From Octopus sinensis (Eukaryota), in NCBI RefSeq assembly GCF_006345805.1, contig NC_042997.1, positions 78,244,001 through 78,308,000 on the forward strand: 64,000 nt of DNA, given 5' to 3'. Below, one piece after another: positions 12,181-24,605 of the stretch (positions are counted from its first letter, which is position 1; each line of letters starts with the position of its first letter). A program made the position numbers and the translations under genes. The notes under the pieces are model-generated. The model saw only the letters and a list, made by a program, of their open reading frames with translations, ran no database searches and was not told the DNA's origin.

Positions 12181-13508
12181 ATTTTCGATCTTCTAATCAG
12201 TATCAAATTTTGAAGTGAATATATATAAATGTGAGTGTTTAAATACATATATATGTGTGTGTGTGCGTGCCTGCGCGTGTGTGTGTGTGTGCATGTCTGT
12301 GCGTGTGCGTACATATATTTATAAAACCACTAGTTGCCTATGGATGCAATTTTCCTTAATGCAATCGTCATCAATGTAATCTATCTTCCCGTCTATCTGT
12401 CTATCTATATATTGGTTGGCATGTATGCATGTGTGCGAGCGCGAGCGTGTATTTGAATTCATGTGTGTGTGTTTTTCAGGGCAGAACAAGCTTTCATTTC
12501 TACAACCTTGGAATATTGTTAAACGAAAAAATAAAAAGTATAAAAATATAAAAAATATAAAAGCACATAAGCATTGATAGGATTAATTATGAAACAATAA
12601 TGGAAGCAATCTAATTTGGAAATGATGTTTGTTCATTGATACTTTCAATTATTTTTCTCGGGAACACTTTTCTCTTTTTATCCTTTTCTTATTTTTGTGT
12701 TTATATATTTTCTGCCAAAGTTCACTTTTTTGTATTTTCAATTTTGCAATTTTCTTAATTTAATGAAATGCATGGTTTCATACATCGGTTTCTTTCTTCG
12801 AATTGTTTACCACGTTTCGTTTTCAACCCGTTTTTACTTTTTTCTTATTTTCCCTCTATCTCGAATTCTTTATTATTTCCTGGTTGTCTTCAAGTCAACA
12901 TCCTATAACACATGCAACCACAAAGTCTGTTGACATTTTCTTCGATCTTTGGATTACAGTAAAATGACATTCAAATTTCTATGATCTGCCCTTCAAATAC
13001 AAACAGAACAGTTACTTCTAAAAATGCAACTCAATATTTTATGCAACCGATCATCAGATACACGGAATTCTACTAAGTAACCATTTTATATTTTATTTTA
13101 TTTGAACCTAGTGGCATCCCTCATAGAAAGCTTAGGCGAAGGTGAAATAGTGTAACGTTCTTGCTTTTCTAGATAGTTGGCTTAGCTGTGAGGTCGTCAT
13201 CCTACTGGAGGAAATATTGACTATTCGTTTCTCGCCATTGGCGCTGTGTTGTGACATTGATTTACTACGTTAAATTTGTACTGGGTCTGTTCACCAAGAT
13301 CTAAGTTGGGACTTCATAAGTAGTGGTAAAGAATAGGTTTGCAGTTCTAAATTTCTTACTCTGGGTTTGAATTAAGTAATGGAAAAATTTCTATCACTAA
13401 ATTCTCTCTAAAGAATCCTGTTTGAAAGTTTGCTATGAACTCTCGCTGCGAGCCCTTCAACGATATTAATCTGTAACAAAGCGCAAAAATAAGTAAAGAC
13501 ATGAGTGA

Positions 13509-13720
13509 TGCGGCGAGCTGGTAGAATCGCTAGCACGCCGGACAAAATGCTTAATGGCGCTCTTTTACGTTTTGAGTTCACATTCCACAGAGGCCGACTT
13601 AGCCTTTCATTATTTTGGGCGGGGTGGGGGGCGATAAAATAAATATCAGTTGATCACTGGAGTTGATGTAATTGACTTACCCCGCCCCTGAAATTGCCGG
13701 CCTAGTACCAAAATTTGAGT
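13509..13720 (+). mobile_element. tRNA-derived SINE family C
   Basis: Head GGCGAGCTGGTAGAATCG, box B-like GAGTTCACATTCC, core GATAAAATAA..., tail CCAAAATTTGA; homologues at 45.2 and 59.3 kb. Confidence 0.8.
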
Positions 13721-14202
13721 CTACTATTAGATACATGAGTTAAATTAGACGTAGATCAGTGAAGTGAAAGTTGTGTTACTGTTTTTTCCCCAGCCATTTT
13801 TTCTTTTATTTTACACAGCAATATCTCGACACTTAGGTCATATCACTTTTACCAAGGAAAACAAGAAGGTTATATATCAACATACTTTGTAAAGTAAACA
13901 AACATATATTAACAGTTTCAGCAAAATATTTTAACTTCAACGGAAATTAAGGAAATATAATATTGCAAGATTTGAATCCTTTATCATGATTGCTGTTACT
14001 TTTCATTAATAATACGCTTGAAATTTTTTGAACTTTTGAACAGTTTGTGAGTTGTGGTTAGTTTTCCATATAAAGATGCCATTTTTATTTGTTGAAATAT
14101 TTGAAAAGAAGAAGAGCATAAATAATATAAATAGCAGTAAAATTATCCTTTCTTTTTCACATCCACAATGAATTTAAGTTCATTCTACCAAAGTGGACTT
14201 AC

Positions 14203-14262
<60 letters not shown>

Positions 14263-15303
14263 CCTATCAATCTGTCTGTCTGTCACTTTCCCTACCTCAA
14301 TCTCTCTCTCTATATATTAACTTTAACGACCTCGACACACTTCTTCCGAATAATATAAACAACCGTATAAAATCATAGTAAAATGAGCTATGTAAAAGAC
14401 GGTACAATTGGAACAAATGATAGAATTAAATAAAATAATTAAAAGTTTTTAAAGTTTTGAGTATAGTAATAAACCAAAATAAATTCAACATTAAATTTTA
14501 TTTCTTTAATTTTTATCCAATAGGCACATGCATTTCCAAAATCAATTCAAGTTCTTGAGAAACTGCAACATTTAAGTACACCATCCTCTCAGTTTCCAGG
14601 CAGTCATCAGTCTACAATAGTTTAAGCTGAACATCAACTACGTTCATCAATCTAATCTGTGAGAACTCTCTGGTTTGACTACATTATAAAGCAAACTATA
14701 TATTTTTGAAAGTTCCATTTTCTATCAAATTCATATTACTCTAAAATATTAGTTGATGGTAATCAAGCAATTGTAATATATTTTACAATTCTCTAAAAAG
14801 AAAAAAAAAGGAAAGAAATGCTTTGCTGTAGTTTTACCTTAGTTCAGCTTTATAAAAGTATATATATTGTGGTAATAGTCCCTGATACATAATATTCAAT
14901 AAGATTTTCTGACGAGAGATGAATTCGAATACCACTTCAAATGCATTGTCTACCAGTCAACACGCTCCTCATTTCTTCTCCAAAAAACGACGCGGCTCAA
15001 AACGTTAGGATTCACCTCTACGCACGGTACACAGAATTATTCCTTTGATGCATTTTATTAACTGTGTTCTGTCACATTGATTATCGCAATTGTCATCGGA
15101 GTCTATGTTTTGTCTTGTTTCTAAATGCTCTTAAATTCTCACTTTTAAACGCACGTTTTCTCAGAAACCACAAGGCATCATCACAAGGTTATATCTAGTA
15201 ATAGATTTATAATTCTAGAATACTAAACTGATGTGAGAAAAGGTTATGAACATGAGTACATCCCAGGTGAAACTTTCCACTACATTACTAATTATATCAT
15301 GTA

Positions 15304-16595
15304 CGAGGGACGTTCAATAAGTAATGCCCCTGACCCACTTCCCATAGCAGTAGAGCAACGAAACTTGGCACAGGTATTAGTCTTTTTCTACATAGGAACA
15401 ACCCAGAGGTACGCATTTCTCCCATCGTTTGATGCAGTTCTGGGGACCGTTTTCGTAGAAGACCCCAGCTTGGTCCTCCAACCACGACGTGACTTCAGAA
15501 ATCAAGGCTGCATCATCTGGGAAACACTTTCCTTTCAAAAACAACTTCATGACTGGGAAGAGGTGAAAATCAGAGGGTGCATGGTCGGGAGAGTAGGGGG
15601 ATGGGGGAAGAGTTCATAGCCGCACGCCTGTGCTTCTGATCTGGCGACACGCGAGTTGTGGACCGGAGCGTTGTCCTGCAGGAGGAGGATGCCTTTGCTG
15701 ATCTTGCCCCGCCTTTTGGTTTCGATAGCTTCTCTTAATTTCCTCAAAAGTGAAACATGATAGGCTCCTGTAATTGTTGTACCCTTTGCCAGGAAATCTG
15801 TCATCACTACTCCGTCCTGGTCCCAGAAGACTGTGAGCATGACCTTGCCAGCGGAGGGCTGCACCCTTGCCTTCTTTGGAGGAGGTGAGTCATGGTGCTT
15901 CCACTGCATTGACTGGGCTTTGGTCTCTGGATCATAGTGATGGACCCAGGTCTCATCCTGTGTAATCAGTCTTTTGAAAAATTTTGACTCATCTTCTTGG
16001 CACATCCCTAAATTCTTGCTTCTGGAATTCTTGCGTTCTTGCTTCTGGAAAAGTGTGAGCAACCTGGAAATCCATCTGGCAGACACCTTTTGCATATGAA
16101 AATGGTCATGAATGATAGTTTCCACAGACCCGGTACTAATCTTGACCTCATGGGCTATTTGGCGAATAGTTATGCGTCGATCTTCCAAAATGGCAGCCTC
16201 AACTTGACGGACAGATGCCTCATCAATGGCAGAAGGGGTGCGACCAGATCTGGGAGCTGTTTCCACAGAGTTCCGATCATGTTTGAATTCACGATGCCAA
16301 CGTTTTAAAAGGTCATATAATGGGGCATCATCACCATAAATTACTTTCATTTCATTAAAAGTCTCCTGTGGTGTGCGTCATTTCAAATACAAAAACCGGA
16401 TCACTGCTCGACACTCAACATGCTCCATTTCCCACTTGACTCATTTCAAACACCTGTAAATCAGAAACCACAATAAGTTCGGAGCTGTAATTTGTCACTT
16501 AATCTATAGAGATATCAATAATTGCACATGCAAAATTTCAGCTAGAACAGACAAAGGCAAGTGGGTCAGAGGCATTACTTATTGAACGCCCCTCG
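15304..16595 (-). mobile_element. Full-length mariner (DD34D) transposon, 1292 bp
   Basis: 37-bp TIRs CGAGGG(A/G)CGTTCAATAAGTAATGCC(C/T)CTGACCCACTT with 2 mismatches; TA on both sides (15302-3, 16596-7). Confidence 0.95.
15377..16428 (-). pseudogene. Mariner transposase, inactivated
   Basis: MEHVECRAVIRF..., ITQDETWVHHYDPE, LLQDNAPVH, (Y)SPDHAPSDFHLF; one in-frame stop at 16378-16380 and a frameshift near 15600. Confidence 0.92.
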
Positions 16596-16805
16596 TACTT
16601 TGACATGTGCGACATTTCTTGTATCATAGAAAAAAACGGAGGCTATCCTTCTTGCTGAAATATGTTTAAGACTTTACAAATAAGATGTATTAAACATCTA
16701 AGTCTGAATACAGGATATATCAAACATATTTAGCGCGTTTTTTTTTTTGCATTAGTAATCTTACAAATTCTATAGATGTGTTTTTTTTCATCCTTAGGAA
16801 GGAGC

Positions 16806-17098
16806 ATTTGTTTGTTCCGTCTTGAGCCACGCCTGGCTCATAAGGGTCGGTTTCCCGGTTTTCATTGGCGTATAGGTTCCCCACCTGGACGGGACGTCGG
16901 TCCGTCGCAGGTGAGCTGCAAGATGCAAGAGGAAAGAGTGAGAGAAAGCTGTGGCGAACGAGTCAGCAGAAGTTCGCCATTACCTTCTGCCGGAGCCGCG
17001 TGGAGCTTAGGTGTTTCGCTCATAAACACACACATCGCCCGGTCTGAGATTCGAACCCGCGAGTCCGCTGCTCTAACCACTAGGTCATGCGCCTCCAC
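16806..17098 (-). mobile_element. tRNA-derived SINE family A, tail type 2
   Basis: Intact box A (TGACCTAGTGGTTAG) and box B (GGTTCGAATC); shared body; tail with GAGCCA/TGGCTC hairpin. Confidence 0.88.
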
Positions 17099-20000
17099 TA
17101 TAGATGTGGTTTGCTTTACCGTTATTGGATATTCTCATTAGATTATGATGATAATTAATGTAATTTCAATAATATAGTCGTTGAAGAAGGGTTTGTAGAA
17201 GAGAAATTCTATTTTTACCTATTGTTCTTTATTTGATATTGCGTTGGTTTTTCAGTACTTTTATTTCATCACTTTAAGCGTTTTATGTACATGTCACTCT
17301 TGTTATGTATGCGAAATAAATATATCATTGAATTTAATTGCAAGGTCGATGTTTTCCTTGGAAGTTGCGAAAACTGTAGAAGTTGATTAATTATGAGCAA
17401 CTACAAATTAGTTTTCACAACTATGTATAGCACATAAAATATTAATGATTCTGAGTTGGCATGTATAATCAGGTATAGTTAAATGTCTTCTTTTGGCATT
17501 ACCTTGAAGCCGAGGATATTTTCAAGGCTTTTTTCTTCCTCTCTTATTTATAATTATAAGTGATGTTCCCATCCCGATGCTTACTCAGAATTTGTACTAA
17601 AGTACAGTAGCTAGGTTTTATTCCCCTAGCATGCTGATCGAACCACTCGTTCTCCGCATACATACTTATACATTGTATAAGTTTCGACAACATTTTAACT
17701 GTAGTCAAGTAAGGTGTATAATGGCATGGTCTTTTGATCGAGTTACAGAAGAGTTTCTTAGGTTCACATCTCGGGTGGTTGTCTTCTACAAACATAGATC
17801 GCATAACTTATTTAGGTATTCTTCTGTCTGGCCTTCTTTTTACACACCCCAGCAAATTTGATGATTTTCAAAGATAATTTGAATTCTTCTGGTTTTCGTT
17901 TTTGCTAGTATTTCATTGTCTGTGACATAGTCACCACATGACATTCAAACACAGTCTTAGTCTTGTTTAAAAAAGCTTCACAGGCGGCGGACCGATTGAT
18001 GTTAGTAAGCTGCCTTAGTTTCTTATCCATATAGTGGTGGAAAAACTCCAATAGCTTAATACTCTATGACTTGTTTTGACCCTCATAATACGATTGTGAA
18101 GACACCATTTGATAGGATACAAAAGGCTTTGTGGACTGCTCGCCGTCGTTTGGTGGTGTTATTGTCAAAGGGGCAGGAGCTGAGTAAGACACTACTGAGA
18201 TGAGTTCAATATCTATTGTGTTTTTTCTTTATTCTTCATTGTCTTAGAGAATGTCTGTACTTTTGCTCAGCATCTTGTAATCGCAAACAAAGGCATTAGA
18301 AATTATTTTGAACCGAGTAGCATTGTCATCACCATATTGTAGCTTACAGATCATGATTGTAGATCTAAAGCGCTTTATTTCAGTTCTCGGGGCTGAAAAG
18401 GCAATCCCTCGTATCTGTAGCTCGTAGTTTACTGTCACGACTTATGTTGATTATGAAAACATTCATATACATAGAAAAAGGGTGAGTGCCAGTGAAAATC
18501 CCTTTTTAGCTCACTGCTGATTTCGAAATCATACTCCACACTTGTTTTTACAGAATCATCATTCGCTATCATCGTTAAACTCACTGTCGCAAAAGTAAAA
18601 TCATACATCCAAGTAGACGGCAATATGTAGACTTAAATTTTCAAACTAATTTCTGCATATGATTTTCAATTCCTTTTATTTTCTGCTGAAAACCTGTAGA
18701 ATAATTAATTGTACCTAACTATCGATTCAATGATACATTTAGATTTTTTGAGTGTCGAGTTGTCATGGTCGGCTTAACTAGAGTAAAGATGTCTGAACAT
18801 CACATCTGGTGCAGCTAGTGGATCACTGGTTAATTTGGTTAATTATTTAAAACTTATAGAGCTTTGTAATGTAATAAATATTCGTTTCATACACCATGGA
18901 AGTTATGTTCTTAGACGTAGATTTGTAAGTTTCAAGATAACGATAACTATATGAACGTTTTCCGTCATTCAACAACTTATTTGAAAAGAAAATCATACAT
19001 GATAGAGTGGGCTATATTCCAGTTTATTACCATTTCAAATAGCGTTATGATAAGATCATCTTAACACAACTTTTAAGTTTTGCGTTACTTCACACAAGAC
19101 TTCTTACAAAGTTTGTTTTTAGTATGTACCTGTTTTCCCTTTGCTTAACTATGAAAACAAAAAGCACAAATATCTTAAAGTAATTTCATCGACGTATTTG
19201 TTATTGTAAGAAAGCCAAAAGGTTGTATTATCAATAATGACACCTGATGAAATAGAAAGATTTTGAATATGATGATGAAACCAAAAGAAAGCAAACATTT
19301 CTATCCTTAATAGAATAGGTTTTCGCATCAGTTTCAGAAAACAGTTTCAACACGTTTTCTGGTTTATATTAAAGTTCATGTAAATTTATTTTTGTAGTGA
19401 TAAATATATAGGGAGGAGGGAGAGAGAGAAACAGAGAGAGAAAGAGGGCTATGTTACTAAATTTAGGTATTCTTTAGATACCTATATTATATTTTACATA
19501 GAAATTCACGAAAAAACTCTATTAGTAAGAGAAAGGAATTTAATCTTTTGATGTTTATTTCTTTCTTGAAGGTAGATTTGGATATACATTTGCACGGTGT
19601 AAAACACATGAACTTACGTATCAATGAACAAACATAAGCTGGGAGCTTACGTCTCAGGAATTTCTTATTTTAAGAGAATAAAATTATAACACAGTCAACA
19701 ACTATATCATCTTGAAACCCGTAACTAATATTCACAAAATATTTTAGACATTTTATTATTTGATACTTTGAAATAAATTGATAGGAAATACCCTTCAAAT
19801 TCCTCTTCACATCAAGTGTTTATTGATCAGGTTTGATATATGACTGGAACAGGTTACATTGGGTCTAACATTGTTTTTAACTGATTTGTTTTTAATCAAT
19901 AAAATCGTAAGATGAATAAGATTATCAAATGAAAATATTTCAGTTGTATATCGATTTAGGATAAAATTGAGGTGTTTATTGCTGTGAAAAACAATTGTTA

Positions 20001-20423
20001 GACATGCACTTGTTAAATATCGGAAAATTGTATAAGATTCTCTAACAAGCAAACTCAGAGATCGCTTGTTAGAGAATTTATGAAATAGAAGTAAACTATA
20101 AGATAAAGATGTCATAAGTATTGGGGTTTAATAACGGAAAATTGAAAGTGCTATGACATCAATGCTGTTATGATAATAAATATGTAATGAAATGTACCAC
20201 GAGTGGAGACATGGCTGTGTGGATAAGAAGTTGACTTCACAGTCATATGATTCCAGATTTTATCCAACTGCTACACATTGGGTATCTTCTATCAAACTTC
20301 TATCAAAGCATCTTATAACTAGTGAATGGAATTTAATAAGCGCAAATTATACAGAAACCCAATGTATATGTTTATCCATATATGTGTGTGTGTATGTGTG
20401 TGTGTGTATGTGTGTGTGTGTGT

Positions 20424-20466
<43 letters not shown>

Positions 20467-22187
20467 CCTTTTTTCTGACTTTCCTTCTTTCTGCTTTTTC
20501 TCTTTCTTTCTTGTTCTTTCTATCTTCTTGACTTGCTTTTTCTTTTTTCTCTGTTTTCCCTCCTTCTAACAAACATCCAAACAATTCCCCGCACACACAT
20601 GCATACACGCACATAGATACGCACACATATCTACGCACGCATATACATGTACACACACATATAGATAGCAAAAGACCATTCCCTTCCAGATTTATATAAA
20701 AAGCAAAATGTTTTCTGTAAAAACCATATCTACTAAATAATTATCCAAAATTTTACCTCCTTTTTCTTGATATATAAAATCTGTACACCACTTCAAATAA
20801 TTTATACATATTTACACACGCACACACTCACACACACACACATTCATACATACATATACATACATATTTATATGTGTGTGTGTGTGTGTGCTTTGGGGTT
20901 TTATTCAACTAAATTGCACAGACAGTCGCTTGTCATTTGGTCACTGTCAACATTGATGCTTTTATTTAAAAACATGGATACATATGTACGTTGTAGAATC
21001 TGAATTCAGTGCTGCAAGTCAATAATAGTCGTCAGTTATAGAGTACTCCTACTACTTGTAGTAATAAAGGTAATTGTTGTATGGTTCCAAAGCGTCGTGT
21101 AAGCTTTATCTTCTGAAGTACTACTTTACGACTATACAACTAGGTACAAGTTAGTACGGAGCAAATGATTTGCTGTTGAATCATTTTGGTACAGGTAGAA
21201 TTTAGATATGAACAATTAACTCTTTGAAGTATTGGGAAATATCTTATCTAAATAAAATATTACGATGTTTTATTTTGTTTAATTTGCATTATATCCGACA
21301 ACTTATTATCGCAGTGAAAATGTTTTAGTTCAGACATGTTTTAGTTCAGACATTTTAGTTCAGACATAAAGAACAAAAAAAGAACAAAAAGAACAAAAAA
21401 AGCAACAACAAAAGAACATAGTTCATAATTTTAAAAACTTTCAACCTTACTTTAAACAATTCTATAGATATGGCTTTGAGGACTAGATTACATGAATGGC
21501 ACACGTAAAAAAGTATTAAGGAAGAATGTGTATAATTCCATAAATATCATTAAGAAGTGTTTGGAAAAATTCGGTTTGTAGTTGTATAAACTTGATTGAC
21601 TAATCACAGAAAGGGGAGTTGCGCAGAAAAACAATAGGATGGAAATGAGCCTTAAAAGAAATAGGCAATGTAGAAAAGGGTTATCGTTAATAGATTCAGT
21701 CAAACAATTACGTAACTACAATGTTATAAAATAATACTTTCATCCGAAGTTATAAGGATGAATAGAGATATGATTAACTAAATGGAGATGCAGCAAGATA
21801 CAACGATAGACTGAAGGGACAAGAGTATGTAACATAGAATTAGACAGAAAAATTGGTAAAGGAATACAGTATCCCAGCAACGAAGAGCAAAACAAAAACA
21901 ATGGAGATAAGAAGTGCAATAATCGGGAAGATCTATTAATGTAAACAGAAAAGAAAAAAAAACTGTTGGAGGCCGACCAACACAAATAACAATTGCTGCT
22001 ATAAGATATCGGATGCGTGAAAATGATTAGCATCTCGTTGATTAGCATCACGTTGCAGCGTAAGTTCTGTCAGTCGGAGATATGTGACATTGTGTAGCCT
22101 GGAGAGCAGAGAAAGGTAAAATACTTAATTTATAACACGCAATACTTTAATTCTCACATCCCAGCAAAACTCTAGTATACATATAAA

Positions 22188-22229
22188 TGTATGTATGTTT
22201 GTTTGTTTGTATGTATGTATGTATGTATG

Positions 22230-22260
<31 letters not shown>

Positions 22261-22294
22261 GCGTATGGATATATGTATATGTATATGTATATAT

Positions 22295-22383
<89 letters not shown>

Positions 22384-22385
22384 CG
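22188..22385. repeat. Compound (TATG)n/(TA)n microsatellite
   Basis: Direct reading. Confidence 0.95.
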
Positions 22386-22504
22386 TGTGTGCGTGTGTAT
22401 AACATATATCTATGTAATATTAGTCGTACATACATAGTGTATGTGTTTTACTTAATTAAACTCCCATTTGCTACGAGATAGCGACCGAGAAAAGCTTCCT
22501 ATCC

Positions 22505-23135
22505 GACGCCGAGAGTTAAAGAACATTTGAATGTCTCAGACAAGGCAAGATTACTCACCCCGAAGTGATTGAGAATGGCAGATACCAATATTTCACCATT
22601 ATTGTGACTTATTAATATCATGTACTTGGATCATCTCGAAACGAAATGAATCGCTGATCTGCGACTTAAAAGCAAATAGAGTGAGTTCTATTTGCTGATG
22701 TGCAGCGGAGTAGCACATGTGAAACAAAATTAAATTACGAATAAAAAGCAGCTTTTGCAATGTAAGAATCATCAGTCGCACATACATAGTGCATGTGCTT
22801 TGCTTAAATGCGCCTTGTCACGGAATAGCGTCCGGGGAAAGCTCCATGCACTGCGTCCAGTGGTAAAGATTGACTGATAATGTTTACATTACTAGAGCTG
22901 TTTTTAATACATAATTTAATTTCCTTTCATATGTGCTATGCTGCAGCACATCATCAAATAAATTTCACTCTATTTGCATATAAGTCCTGAACCAACGAGG
23001 CATTTCGTTTTGAGATTATCCGAATACATGTGATTTCGTCAATGGCGAAATATCGGCATCTACCATTCTCGCTCACTTTGGAGCGAGCTGTCTCGTCGTC
23101 TGAGATACTCAGTGTTCTTTAACACTCGGCGTTGT
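22505..23135. repeat. Old diverged palindrome, ~290-bp arms (probable hairpin MITE or inverted duplication)
   Basis: Hand alignment of 22505-22795 (minus) against 22845-23135 (plus) gives roughly 75-80% identity. Confidence 0.8.
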
Positions 23136-23250
23136 GCGAGTTGGAGTGTTTTGGTCAAGAAGACAACGCACCACACGGTCCAGAAATCTAAACCACGATT
23201 AAAAGATCGTGAATGCAAGACCGTAGCCACTAGGCACGCATCATCACATA
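23135..23250 (-). mobile_element. tRNA-derived SINE head fragment
   Basis: Minus strand GCCTAGTGGCTACGG...GTTTAGATTTC...GCGTTGTCTTCTTGACCAAAACAC. Confidence 0.55.
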
Positions 23251-23915
23251 AAAAATAATCTAAGGACGGTTACGATAAAAGCGAAAATAATATCAAAGGT
23301 AACCGGGGAATTTTCCCCACGCAGCTGCTAATCAGACATGAACGTAATTTCGACACTCAAATTCAACATCAATATTTCCGAGAAAGTTAATATCACTATT
23401 TCCGAGAAAGTCAATCAACATTACTAAATATAGTCTAATATTATTTGAAAATCTACAAACAAATGTTTGTACACGGAGTATCTATCACAAACGCATAAAC
23501 CAGAAACATACATATAAATCCAAAAGTAAACAAATATAAATAATTATAAATGTATCAACTTATAAAAATTATTAAATACAAATAAATAAAAGAATTAACC
23601 AAGATTCATATTAGTTAAAAATGAAATACAAACGTATTAAATAGGGGAAAAGATGGATGATGGTCAACGCTCAGTTATAAATAGTATTATGAGAGAGCTA
23701 AATACCGTCTGTTCAGCTAGCTAAATTGTTATGACAAAATATGAATAACAATCAACCCATAACTAGCAGAGAAAGATAAGGCTCCACAGAGGAAATGATC
23801 AGCCAAGGACACGAAGATAAGTATAGAGAAAGAGAAGCGGAAAAGATGAACAACGACTACGTTAATGACAGAAAAGTCTTCGTGGGTAACGTTTAACTTT
23901 ACTAAACTCCTTTAA

Positions 23916-24541
23916 CTCTGGGTGGTATAAATAAAGTCCCACTTATTTGTACCACTTTAACGAGCGGTGATACGTAATTCGTACCGAAATTTAAAATTCT
24001 TCTCGCTGATTGGTCGGTCGCTCGGAAAACGTTCTACTTTGTCTATCGGCCAATCAGAAGCTACCCATACAACAATGTCTGCGACACAAATGGAATATTT
24101 TTTCTGTTGAATCCATTTTGTGCCAAAGGTCAGTCGACGAAAAAACAAGAGTACAAAGTTTTGTCATAAATTTGTTTATTGAAATGAAGGTAAGATCTTA
24201 TCAAATGTATTTAGCATAATTATAGGTAAATTATTAACATTTTAATGTTTATATTAAGTTAAATCAGTAGTACATTTTTCGAACCACTGAGCAGCCAAAT
24301 AAACAAACACGTGTTCGTGCTGTGAAGAGTTGATTTAGGATTGTAAAATTAATATGTATTTTTTATACTTTTACTCATAGACATTTGTATCAAACTAATG
24401 TTTGAAAATTTAACTTAGTTAATACGAAATTAGAAGTAATTGAAAATGTGATTTGATATACCTATATTTTTATTTGAAGTACCTACCTACAAAGCAGTAT
24501 TGTGTTGCTATTTTTCGAGAAGGTATGAGTCCTGTGCCTAG

Positions 24542-24605
<64 letters not shown>

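Noticed and set aside
16378-16380. In-frame TGA in transposon ORFs as possible selenocysteine, as reported for some Naiad PLEs
   Set aside because: It aligns to a non-Cys position, accompanies other lesions, and no SECIS was identified.
17040-17098. tRNA-like sequence with A and B boxes
   Set aside because: It is a SINE head; no complete cloverleaf or acceptor stem.
17480-18650. Stop-ridden minus-strand reading with faint RTE-endonuclease resemblance
   Set aside because: No diagnostic motif could be matched confidently.
21320-21410. Short tandem repeats (ATGTTTTAGTTCAGAC x3; AAAGAACAAA x3), also 16-bp and 12-bp duplications at 59955 and 60911
   Set aside because: No spacers, so not CRISPR; ordinary slippage duplications.
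22555-22605. Local excess of G.U-compatible differences between palindrome arms
   Set aside because: The bias disappears when the whole arms are counted (roughly even).
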